DNA of 38,985 nucleotides, from contig ONYB01000074.1 in the NCBI GenBank assembly GCA_900321895.1, positions 1-38,985 of the forward strand, in the 5' to 3' direction. This document shows, piece after piece, positions 25,144 through 33,358 of this stretch (positions are counted from its first letter, which is position 1; each line of letters begins with the position of its first letter). Source of the stretch: an uncultured Brachyspira sp. GTDB lineage: Bacteria; Cyanobacteriota; Vampirovibrionia; Gastranaerophilales; Gastranaerophilaceae. The translations under genes were made by a program, and so were the position numbers. The notes beneath the pieces are model-generated. The model did no database searches and had not been told where the DNA came from. It saw only the letters and a list, made by a program, of their open reading frames with translations.

Positions 25144-25401
25144 ATGTTACAAACATCAGCAAACGGACAATTCGGAACATTAACTCAAAAGAATAAAAAT
25201 AAAAAATCAGCTACATTTTCGGTAGAAGAGTTCAACTACCTTGCATTGAAGGATAAGAGAATGCGTTTCAACAATTCAAAAGACCCGATTTATTTCGTAT
25301 TTGATTGTATTGAAGACAGACCGCTTCCAATCCTTGCAAGAGAGTTTGTAAAAGATTCATTCAAAGATATTGCAAACTTTGTATCAAGAGTCGTTGCGTA
25401 A
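25144..25401 (+). CDS. Hypothetical protein (85 aa)
   Basis: ATG start. A putative promoter TTGATT-N18-TAAGAT (25086-25115) lies upstream and a terminator at 25472-25500 downstream. No family recognised. Confidence 0.5.
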   Translation: MLQTSANGQFGTLTQKNKNKKSATFSVEEFNYLALKDKRMRFNNSKDPIYFVFDCIEDRPLPILAREFVKDSFKDIANFVSRVVA

Positions 25402-25471
25402 TTAATAGGAAAAAGCAAAAGGAAACGGAAAAAAGCATTAAAAAAGGAAGCTAGGAAAAGGATTAAATCAG

Positions 25472-25500
25472 ACCACGCAAAGCGTGGTTTTTGTTTTTTT
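25472..25500 (+). terminator. Rho-independent terminator
   Basis: Stem accacgc / gcgtggt, loop aaa, followed by TTTTTGTTTTTTT. Confidence 0.8.
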
Positions 25501-25611
25501 GGGGGGAAAATGAGAAAATATGCGGAAAAGTTATACTTGTTTATGCGATAAGTCCTTTACAAAAAAGGCTACTAAGGCACCAGAGTACTATCTTTATGTT
25601 AAAATTAGTTC

Positions 25612-25829
25612 CTCCCTACCTCTGGCGGATTTTCGGTAGAGTGAAGCGAAGCGAAACTCGTAACATCCGTAGTTCCGTAGTGAGCGATAGCAAATTGAAT
25701 TTGCGTAGCGAACGAGAGGAACAGGATAGCCGAATAATCCAAGACGGAGAGAACCTAAAATCAGCTTGAGACGATGCAGAAAGTTCAATAAATTTACAAA
25801 AAAAGGCGAGCAATCAAGCTCGCCTTTTT
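25612..25829 (+). ncRNA. Candidate structured non-coding RNA, third locus carrying the AGCG-N-AGCGAA / GCGTAGCGAACGA motifs
   Basis: An extended -10 box TGtTAAAAT sits at 25597-25605 and a terminator at 25801-25829. There is a long-range helix ggattttcgg (25627-36) / ccgaataatcc (25730-40). It shares a 13-mer with copies A and B. No credible ORF is present. Confidence 0.3.
25801..25829. terminator. Bidirectional intrinsic terminator (gatA, and the plus-strand element)
   Basis: Stem ggcgagc / gctcgcc, loop aatcaa, with a 7-A run upstream and a TTTTTGTTT run downstream. Confidence 0.85.
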
Positions 25830-25833
25830 GTTT

Positions 25834-27297
25834 CTATATCTTTGCCAACTGCAAGTAATAATCGTTTGCTCTTTCAAACTTATGAGCGGCATTAAACAAG
25901 CGGCTTTCTTGAAGTTGCGGTGCTAAAATCTGCAACCCGATTGGCATTCCGTCAGAATCAAATCCGGCAGGAACACTCATACCCGGAATACCTGCAAGGT
26001 TTGCAGAAATTGTTGCAATATCTGTCAAATACATTTGTAACGGATCTGCTGATTTTGCACCCAAATCAAATGCCGTATTAGGGCAAGTAGGTGAAATCAA
26101 GATGTCCACTTTCTTGAAAGCTTCCGCAAAGTCTTGTGTTACCAAAGCTCTCATCTGTTGAGCTTTTTTGTAGTATGCATCATAATAACCGGACGACAAT
26201 GCATAAGTACCGAGCATTATACGACGTTTAACTTCTGCACCAAAACCTTCTGCTCTTGTTTTTGTATACATTTCAAGAAGATTTTTTGCATCAGGAGTTC
26301 TGTAACCGTATCTTACACCGTCAAATCTTGCAAGGTTTGATGAACATTCTGCTGTTGCCAAAATGTAATAAATACCGATTGAATATTTCAAATGCGGCAA
26401 AGAAATTTCAACGACTTCCGCACCTAATTTTTTATAATCATCAATCGCTTTTTGTACAGCTTTTTGAACATCATCCGAAAGCCCTTCAGTCATAAGTTCT
26501 TTAATAACCCCGACTTTCAAGCCTTTAATATCGTCATTTAAGTGTGCTGCGTAATGTTCTACAGGCAAATTCAAAGAAGTAGAATCCTTAGGGTCATGAC
26601 CCGAAATAACCTCCAAAAGATTTGCCGCATCTTCAACCGTTCTTGCGAAAGGCCCAATCTGATCAAGTGACGACGCAAATGCAATCAAACCGTATCTGGA
26701 AACTCTTCCGTAAGTAGGTTTCATACCAACAATACCGCAGAATGAAGCAGGCAATCTGATAGATCCGCCCGTATCAGAACCCAATGCCAAGGTAGCTTCG
26801 CAAGAAGAAACACTTGCCGCAGAACCGCCTGATGAACCTCCCGGAACTTTGTTCAAATTCCAAGGATTATGAACTTTTTTAAATGCAGAGTTCTCGTTTG
26901 AAGAACCCATAGCAAATTCATCTAAATTAGCTTTACCGACAATAGGAACAAGATTTCCCAACAATTTTTCGGTAACAGTTGCGTTGAAAGGTGATACAAA
27001 GTTTTCCAAAATTTTGCTTGACGCAGTGGTTTTTGAACCTTTCATATTCATATTATCTTTTAGTGCAAGCGGAACCCCAGCCAAAAGCGGTAATTCTTCC
27101 CCATTTGCAACCTTTTCATCAACTTTTTTTGCTGTATCTAATGCAATATCTTTTGTCAAAGAATTAAAAGCACCCAACTTTTCATCCAATGCCGAAATTC
27201 TATCAAATGCCGCATTAGTTAATTCTACAGCTGAAACCTCTTTATTTCTAATGGCTTTGCTCTGTTCTGCAGCCGATTTTTTCAAAAGCTCGTTCAT
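25834..27297 (-). CDS. gatA: Glutamyl-tRNA(Gln) amidotransferase subunit A
   Basis: Contains the amidase signature GGSSGGSAASV..GSDTGGSIR.PA and a typical GatA N-terminus. An AAGGAG SD lies upstream. Confidence 0.95.
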   Translation of the reverse strand: MNELLKKSAAEQSKAIRNKEVSAVELTNAAFDRISALDEKLGAFNSLTKDIALDTAKKVDEKVANGEELPLLAGVPLALKDNMNMKGSKTTASSKILENFVSPFNATVTEKLLGNLVPIVGKANLDEFAMGSSNENSAFKKVHNPWNLNKVPGGSSGGSAASVSSCEATLALGSDTGGSIRLPASFCGIVGMKPTYGRVSRYGLIAFASSLDQIGPFARTVEDAANLLEVISGHDPKDSTSLNLPVEHYAAHLNDDIKGLKVGVIKELMTEGLSDDVQKAVQKAIDDYKKLGAEVVEISLPHLKYSIGIYYILATAECSSNLARFDGVRYGYRTPDAKNLLEMYTKTRAEGFGAEVKRRIMLGTYALSSGYYDAYYKKAQQMRALVTQDFAEAFKKVDILISPTCPNTAFDLGAKSADPLQMYLTDIATISANLAGIPGMSVPAGFDSDGMPIGLQILAPQLQESRLFNAAHKFERANDYYLQLAKI

Positions 27298-27433
27298 AAT
27301 TTCTCCTTAGCTATATCTATAAAAAAATCTTAAAATAAACATACCCTCATGGCAAGTATTACCCAAGTGGGGCTTAATTATTTTTTTAAATAGCAATAAA
27401 TTATTTTTACCGATAAAATTTGAGGAGAACATT

Positions 27434-27895
27434 ATGAACAAAAATTTTTACATACTGGTAATAACAGCATTGGCATTCGTACTCGGCTATTCCGTAAACA
27501 ATATTGCAATCTCCGACACAACCCCAAAAGTTGCAGTAATTGACATCTCACAAATAGCCTCAAACTCTTCTGCCGTAAAAAATCTTAAATCAGCTCAAGA
27601 AAAGAAAATGAGTGAAATTCAAAAAACATTAGACCAAGCTAAAGCTGAAATCGCTAAAGAAACAGACCCTGCGAAGATTTCCACACTCCAAGAAAAATAC
27701 AGAAACAAAGTAAACGAGCAAAAACTTGCCATGGACACCGAATACAACAAACAAATGACAAAAATTGATTCTGACATAAAAGCAGTCATAATCGAAAAAT
27801 CCCGTAATTTAAACTATGACCTCGTATTGCCGAAAAATGTTGTTTTCTTCGGTGGCGACGACATCACGGATTTGATTTCAAAAGAAATTAAGTAA
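27434..27895 (+). CDS. OmpH/Skp-like periplasmic chaperone
   Basis: 153 aa with a signal/anchor, a lysine/glutamine-rich coiled body and a V.D....V.F C-terminal pattern. A GAGGAG SD lies upstream. Confidence 0.75.
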   Translation: MNKNFYILVITALAFVLGYSVNNIAISDTTPKVAVIDISQIASNSSAVKNLKSAQEKKMSEIQKTLDQAKAEIAKETDPAKISTLQEKYRNKVNEQKLAMDTEYNKQMTKIDSDIKAVIIEKSRNLNYDLVLPKNVVFFGGDDITDLISKEIK

Positions 27896-27903
27896 AAAAT
27901 ATA

Positions 27904-27932
27904 TTGACATTATGTCTGCTATAGAATACAAT
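27904..27932 (+). promoter_or_regulatory. Near-consensus sigma70 promoter abutting the toxin start (leaderless geometry)
   Basis: TTGACA (27904-27909), 17-nt spacer, TACAAT (27927-27932). The ATG at 27940 lies 7 nt downstream, with no SD. Confidence 0.6.
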
Positions 27933-27939
27933 ATACAAT

Positions 27940-28263
27940 ATGAAACAACGAACCGTAAAAATTTTACAACTTGCCAATGGCAAATGTCCACTCACAGAAT
28001 GGATGAGTTCGTTGGATAAAGCCACTAAATTCAGAGTACAAAGCCGATTAACCAGATTATTAGAAAATAATTTTGGCGACTACAAAAAAATTGATAATGA
28101 AATCTCTGAACTTCGTCTGAAATTTGGTGCAGGATATCGAATTTATTACACAGAAATAGACAACATTATTGTGCTATTGATAAACGGTGGTGACAAATCC
28201 ACACAACAAAAAGATATTAAAAAAGCAAAATTAATGCTTCAAGAATGGAGAAATTTGCAATGA
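27940..28263 (+). CDS. Type II toxin, RelE/ParE-superfamily 'addiction module killer' (HigB-like)
   Basis: 107 aa. The segment ..ELRLKFGAGYRIYYTEIDNIIVLLINGGDKSTQQKDIKKAK matches the conserved C-terminal pattern of this family. Confidence 0.85.
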   Translation: MKQRTVKILQLANGKCPLTEWMSSLDKATKFRVQSRLTRLLENNFGDYKKIDNEISELRLKFGAGYRIYYTEIDNIIVLLINGGDKSTQQKDIKKAKLMLQEWRNLQ

Positions 28264-28565
28264 CAGAACTAAAAAACACCATTAGTCTTGAAAACTTCAT
28301 AATTAATGATTTGAAAACTGACGAAGATATCAAGTTGTACCTAAATGCAAACTTGAAGGATTATCTTGACGGCGGAGATTTTAATTCGTTTTACAGAGCG
28401 TTAGAAATTGCAATAAAGGCTAAAGACTCCATTTCTAAATTTGCAAAAAAAATAGGAATGTCAAGAACTCACCTTTATAGTATTTTCAATGCAGACAAAG
28501 AGCCGAAATTTTCGACAATAATTAAAATTTTTCATGAACTCGGATATGAATTAGAAATTGCATAA
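28260..28565 (+). CDS. Cognate HTH antitoxin ('addiction module antidote', HigA-like)
   Basis: 101 aa. The ATG at 28260 forms an ATGA overlap with the toxin stop. The HTH is ISKFAKKIGMSRTHLYSIF, with a family-typical tail ..PKFSTIIKIFHELGYEL. Confidence 0.85.
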   Translation: MTELKNTISLENFIINDLKTDEDIKLYLNANLKDYLDGGDFNSFYRALEIAIKAKDSISKFAKKIGMSRTHLYSIFNADKEPKFSTIIKIFHELGYELEIA

Positions 28566-28593
28566 CTTGCCATATTTTATTTCACACTTTCTG

Positions 28594-28602
28594 TGCTAAA
28601 AT
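28594..28602 (+). promoter_or_regulatory. Extended -10 element abutting the mfd start (leaderless geometry)
   Basis: TGcTAAAAT at 28594-28602, with the ATG at 28609 after 6 nt. No SD, and no good -35 box. Confidence 0.4.
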
Positions 28603-28608
28603 ACTTGT

Positions 28609-31600
28609 ATGTTTAGCATAGATTGTTTAAATACGAACGAGAGTTTTCAACAATTCAGAGCAGATGTAAAGTCTGGGATGTCGTTTGCAGTAACAGGGCT
28701 TTTGACGATTTTACGATTACTTTTAGTGCAAAAAACTCACGAGATTTCCGGCAAAAAAGTTCTTTTTATCACCTCTACCGAACAAAATGCCCTCAAATAT
28801 CAGAGTGATTTTAAGCGTGCTTTTGGCGTTGACGCAAGCCTTTTACCGTTTCAAAACATTTCTATGTACGAAAGTGTCGCATCTAATGTTTACGATTATG
28901 CAGAACAAATAAAAATTTTACACGAAAAACCTGAATTTGTTATCGCTCCCGCCAAAACTCTTCTTGAAAAATTTCCAAATGAAACCTTTTTTAAAAACAA
29001 TTCTATTAAAATTAAAATTGGTGATGAAATTGACTTAAAAGATTTTTCGCAAAAACTCGTAAATCTCGGCTACAAACGTTCTACAATGGTTTCGGATATT
29101 GCAGAATTCAGCATAAGGGGTGACATTGCAGATGTTTTTTCACTTGACAAAAACCCTGTCAGAATTGAGCTTTGGGGTGATGAGGTTGTTGATATTCGAT
29201 ATTTTAACAACGAAACCCAAAAATCTATCGAAAAAGTTAAAGAAATTGAGATTTTGCCTGTGTACAAGTTCGTTTTGCCACAAGACAGAGTGCTGAAAGA
29301 TGTACCGAAAGAAATTGTTGAGCAAGTTGAAAATGAGGGATATTTTGAGGGAATTGAGGTTTACCAAAACTACTTTAACCGTGAATTGGTCAGTGTTTTG
29401 GACTATTTCAAAGATTACACAATTATTTTCGACGAAACATCTGAAGTTTATGCAAAAATCGAATTCATAGACGAAAATTTTACAAAACAACTTCAAGAGA
29501 ACTTGAAACTTGGCTTAAATTACGAACTCGACGGGCTTAATCACACAACATACGAGGAATTTATCCGACAGCTTGCAGGGTTTGTGAAAATCGGCTTGAA
29601 TAATTTTCTTGACGGCGAAACCGATGAAATTGTGGAATTTAACACCCAACCCGTGAAAAATTTTGCGGCAAATCTCGACGAAATCGCACAATTTATAAAC
29701 GAAAAAACGAGCCTCAATTCGGAGCAAACAACAACTTACAATATAATTATTGCAACGGATTACCCTGAACGAGTCAAGGAAATTCTAAAAGAACGAGAGG
29801 TTTTTGCAGAAATTGAATACACGGAGAGCATTTCTTGTCACGGCGGAATTTTAGAGGATTTTGACACAATAATTCTCACAGACCGAGAACTTTTTAACAA
29901 ACGTTCAAAAGAGGTTACCTCTACCAAACGGTCGTATTACAAGGAAAAACCTGAATTTATCGAAAGCATAAACGATATCAAAGAAGGAGAATATGTTGTC
30001 CACAGCATACATGGTGTCGGGATATACAAGGGCTTGACCCAACAGGAAATCGACGGACAGTTGAAAGATTACCTGACGATTGAGTATGCAAGCAAGGACA
30101 GATTACATATTCCGGCAGAACAAATCAACCTTTTGTGCCGTTATCGAGGTTCAGGCAACATCAAACCAAAACTTTCCAGAATGGGCGGAAAGGATTGGGA
30201 AAACACCAAAGCAAAAGTTAAAAAAGAAGTTGAACAAGTTGCTTACGATTTGTTGCGACTTTATGCAAGACGAAAAATGCAAAAAGGTATTCAATTCTTG
30301 CCTGATACGACTTGGCAGGTGGAAATGGAAGAGGCTTTTGAATACACCGAAACCCCTGACCAGATGAAGGCTATTGTTGATGTAAAAGCCGATATGGAAA
30401 GCGAAAACCCGATGGACAGACTGATTTGCGGTGATGTCGGTTTCGGCAAAACAGAAGTTGCAATGAGAGCAATTTTTAAAGCCGTAACTTCCGGCAAACA
30501 AGTTGCAGTCGTTGTACCTACGACAATTCTTGCACTTCAACACTATCAAACAATGTCAGAGAGATTTAAACCTTTCGGAGTTCAGGTTGAACTTCTATCC
30601 CGCTTCCGAACCCACAAGGAACAAAAAGAAACAGTAAAAAATCTTGCAACTGGCAAATGTGATGTTGTAATCGGAACGCACAGACTTTTGCAAGACGGAA
30701 TTGTATTCAAGGATTTGGGCTTACTCGTAATAGACGAAGAACACCGTTTTGGAGTTCGCCACAAAGAAAAACTTAAACAACTTCGAGAAAATATCGACAT
30801 AATAACAATGTCCGCAACTCCAATACCGAGAACACTTTATATGTCGCTTTCGGGGATTAAGGATATGTCTGTAATCAACACCCCGCCGAAAAACAGACTT
30901 CCAATCAAAACTTTTGTCGGAGTATGGAATGAAAACATGGTTAAAAATGCCATTGTTCACGAGCTTGACCGAGAAGGGCAGGTTTTCTACCTCTACAACC
31001 GTGTAGAAACCATTGAGGAATTCAAACTCCAACTCCAAAAGCTCGTACCTAACGCAAGGATTGCAATCGGACACGGACAAATGGACGAAAAAGCACTTGA
31101 ACAAGTAATTATAGATTTTGCAAACCACGAATATGATGTACTTTTAGCAACTACAATTATCGAAAACGGTATTGATATTCCTAATGCAAATACAATGATA
31201 ATTCACGACGCAGACAGGTTCGGGCTTGCACAATTATATCAACTCCGTGGACGCGTCGGACGCTCGCAAAGACAAGCATATTGCTATTGCTTCTACAAAC
31301 GTCAAAAAGAAATGACCAAAGAAGCAGTTCAAAGACTGAAAGCCATAAAAGAATTCACAACACTCGGCAGCGGTTATCAAATTGCACTGCGAGATGTTGA
31401 AATTCGTGGGGTCGGCAATATTTTGGGAACAAAACAGCACGGGCACATGATTAACGTTGGCTTTGACACATATTGCGACTTGTTAGAAGAAGCAGTTCAA
31501 GAAATCCAAGGTGAACACGTAGAAAAAGAGGTTCAAACTATTGTGGATATAAACGTTACGGCATTCATTCCTGACGAATGGGTAGGTTCAGCCGAACAAA

Positions 31601-32013
31601 AAATGATTGAATATAAACGACTTGCGGATGTAAAAAATGATGTTGAATTAGATTATATAACGGAAGAATGGAAAGACCGATTTGCCAAGCCTCCGGAAAG
31701 TGTCGAAAATCTTATAAAATTAATCAGAATTCGACTTGCAGCAAGCGATATAAAAATTGCAGCAATCCGCGAAACTTCCGACAATATAAGAATTTACACT
31801 CCATACACCCAACCGGAATGGAAAATCATCTACAAAGAATTGCCACGAGAAATAACGAAAAAACTTAAATTCACAATAGCCCCTCCGTCCTGCCAAGAGG
31901 GCAATTCCATTTTGCTCTTGGACAATTCATATATGAATTTTGATGAAGTATTTAACATTTTGACAGATTTGTTCTATTATATACATAAAATTAGTCATGA
32001 ATACAAAAACTAA
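28609..32013 (+). CDS. mfd: Transcription-repair coupling factor
   Basis: 1134 aa with an RNAP-interacting (CarD-like) segment GEYVVHSIHGVGIY. It has SF2 helicase motifs (GDVGFGKTEVA, DEEHRFG, MSATPIPRTL, QLRGRVGRS) and a TRG-like region. Confidence 0.95.
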   Translation: MFSIDCLNTNESFQQFRADVKSGMSFAVTGLLTILRLLLVQKTHEISGKKVLFITSTEQNALKYQSDFKRAFGVDASLLPFQNISMYESVASNVYDYAEQIKILHEKPEFVIAPAKTLLEKFPNETFFKNNSIKIKIGDEIDLKDFSQKLVNLGYKRSTMVSDIAEFSIRGDIADVFSLDKNPVRIELWGDEVVDIRYFNNETQKSIEKVKEIEILPVYKFVLPQDRVLKDVPKEIVEQVENEGYFEGIEVYQNYFNRELVSVLDYFKDYTIIFDETSEVYAKIEFIDENFTKQLQENLKLGLNYELDGLNHTTYEEFIRQLAGFVKIGLNNFLDGETDEIVEFNTQPVKNFAANLDEIAQFINEKTSLNSEQTTTYNIIIATDYPERVKEILKEREVFAEIEYTESISCHGGILEDFDTIILTDRELFNKRSKEVTSTKRSYYKEKPEFIESINDIKEGEYVVHSIHGVGIYKGLTQQEIDGQLKDYLTIEYASKDRLHIPAEQINLLCRYRGSGNIKPKLSRMGGKDWENTKAKVKKEVEQVAYDLLRLYARRKMQKGIQFLPDTTWQVEMEEAFEYTETPDQMKAIVDVKADMESENPMDRLICGDVGFGKTEVAMRAIFKAVTSGKQVAVVVPTTILALQHYQTMSERFKPFGVQVELLSRFRTHKEQKETVKNLATGKCDVVIGTHRLLQDGIVFKDLGLLVIDEEHRFGVRHKEKLKQLRENIDIITMSATPIPRTLYMSLSGIKDMSVINTPPKNRLPIKTFVGVWNENMVKNAIVHELDREGQVFYLYNRVETIEEFKLQLQKLVPNARIAIGHGQMDEKALEQVIIDFANHEYDVLLATTIIENGIDIPNANTMIIHDADRFGLAQLYQLRGRVGRSQRQAYCYCFYKRQKEMTKEAVQRLKAIKEFTTLGSGYQIALRDVEIRGVGNILGTKQHGHMINVGFDTYCDLLEEAVQEIQGEHVEKEVQTIVDINVTAFIPDEWVGSAEQKMIEYKRLADVKNDVELDYITEEWKDRFAKPPESVENLIKLIRIRLAASDIKIAAIRETSDNIRIYTPYTQPEWKIIYKELPREITKKLKFTIAPPSCQEGNSILLLDNSYMNFDEVFNILTDLFYYIHKISHEYKN

Positions 32014-32032
32014 CCAAAGAAAGAGAGAGTTT

Positions 32033-33175
32033 ATGAAAGGAAAAAAATTACTTGCAACCGTTGCACTATCTGCACTTTTGTTCACAGGCTGCGGTATTAA
32101 ATCAGCTCAAACAATTATTACCGTAAACGGTCAAAAAATTACCCAAGGTCAATATGATGCAAAATTTAAAGAAGCATCTCAAAGCGGTATGATGGCACAG
32201 TTTGGTATCGACGTTAACGACGGCAAAAATAATTTTCTTGCTAGTTTGATTAAGAATAAAGTTATCAATGAACTCGTTGTCCAAAAACTTCTTGATCAAG
32301 AAATTGCAAAACGTGGAATTAAAGTTACAAACGAAGACGTCAACAACGCAATCAAAGAAATCGTTGACAAAGTCGGCTCAAAAGAACAATTAGACCAAAT
32401 TTTAAAACAAAATGGTGTAACTCCTGCACAATTCAAAAAAGATTTGACACAAGAAGTTAAGCTCAAGAAATTGGCTCAATCTCTCGGCAGCACAACAGTT
32501 TCTGACGCTGACGCAAAGAAATTCTACAACGAAAACATCAGCAAATTCAAATATCCTGACAAAGTTAGAGCTTCGCACATCTTGATTGCAGTAAATCCTC
32601 AGGAAATCGAAGAAATTATCAAAACAGATAAAGCAAACAAAGACTTGACAGAAGCTCAAATAAAAGCAAAAGTAAATGAAGAAGTTGCAGCAAAAGAGGC
32701 TAAAGCTAAAGAAATTTTGGCACAGGTTAAAAAAGACCCATCACAATTTGCTAAAATTGCAAAAGAAAACTCCGACGATACAACAACTGCAGTAAAAGGC
32801 GGTGAACTCGGATTTTTCGCAGCAAAAGAAATGGTTCCTGAATTTTCAAAAGTTGCCTTCTCAATGAAACCGAACACAGTTTCAGGCATTGTAAAAACAC
32901 AATTCGGCTACCACATCATCATGGTAACGGACAGAATGGCAGCAGGACAACAGCCGTTTGAAAAGGTTAAGAGCGACATCAAAGGCTACCTCGAAAACCA
33001 AAAACAGCTTGACTCAATCGACAACTTGGTTGAATCCTTGAAGAAAAGTGCCGATATTCAATACGTAAACAAAGAATACGATCCGACAGAAATTCAAAAA
33101 AGTATTCAAACAGAAATGAACGGAGCACCGAAAAAAGCTGAACCAGCAAAAGCAAAAGCAGCTCCAAAAAAGTAA
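32033..33175 (+). CDS. Parvulin-type peptidyl-prolyl isomerase lipoprotein (PrsA/SurA-like)
   Basis: Start at ATG 32033. The lipobox is LLFTGC. The PpiC domain shows VRASHILI..GGELGFF....FGYHII. The tail is Lys/Ala-rich. Confidence 0.85.
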   Translation: MKGKKLLATVALSALLFTGCGIKSAQTIITVNGQKITQGQYDAKFKEASQSGMMAQFGIDVNDGKNNFLASLIKNKVINELVVQKLLDQEIAKRGIKVTNEDVNNAIKEIVDKVGSKEQLDQILKQNGVTPAQFKKDLTQEVKLKKLAQSLGSTTVSDADAKKFYNENISKFKYPDKVRASHILIAVNPQEIEEIIKTDKANKDLTEAQIKAKVNEEVAAKEAKAKEILAQVKKDPSQFAKIAKENSDDTTTAVKGGELGFFAAKEMVPEFSKVAFSMKPNTVSGIVKTQFGYHIIMVTDRMAAGQQPFEKVKSDIKGYLENQKQLDSIDNLVESLKKSADIQYVNKEYDPTEIQKSIQTEMNGAPKKAEPAKAKAAPKK

Positions 33176-33205
33176 AGGCAATAGGACGATAAGTCCATTA
33201 CATAA

Positions 33206-33243
33206 AAGCGGACAATGTGATTTTTTCATGTCGTCCGCTTTTT
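33206..33243 (+). terminator. Probable intrinsic terminator after the PPIase gene
   Basis: 8-bp outer stem aagcggac / gtccgctt with an inner 3-bp extension, running into a T-stretch. Confidence 0.55.
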
Positions 33244-33314
33244 GCATGGTTATTAACTCACCCTTTGTGGGAGATTTTTGATTTGCTCCTCAAGATGACA
33301 TGTTTTTACCCCCC

Positions 33315-33335
33315 CTTCACTCTTCACCCTTCACC
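33315..33335. repeat. Tandem heptamer (CTTCACY)x3 overlapping the -35 region
   Basis: Read directly: cttcact-cttcacc-cttcacc with exact 7-nt phasing (33315, 33322, 33329), preceded by a C7 run. Confidence 0.9.
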
Positions 33336-33352
33336 TCTTTTCATGCTATAAT
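33323..33352 (+). promoter_or_regulatory. Extended -10 promoter abutting the hydrolase start (leaderless geometry)
   Basis: TTCACC (33323-33328), 18-nt spacer including TG at 33344-33345, TATAAT (33347-33352), 6 nt, then ATG 33359. No SD. Confidence 0.5.
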
Positions 33353-33358
33353 CTTGTC

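Noticed and set aside
25491-25769. 92-aa plus-strand ORF, plus minus-strand ORFs at 25594-25813, in the gatA-proximal spacer
   Set aside because: It has a non-ATG start within a T-run and no SD. It spans the terminator tail and the repeated AGCG motifs. Mutually overlapping ORFs on both strands suggest chance open frames in a non-coding RNA-like region.
5928-25790. Possibility that the three repeat loci are a CRISPR array or its remnants
   Set aside because: The copies are 10-20 kb apart rather than tandem. There is no regular repeat-spacer periodicity and no cas genes.
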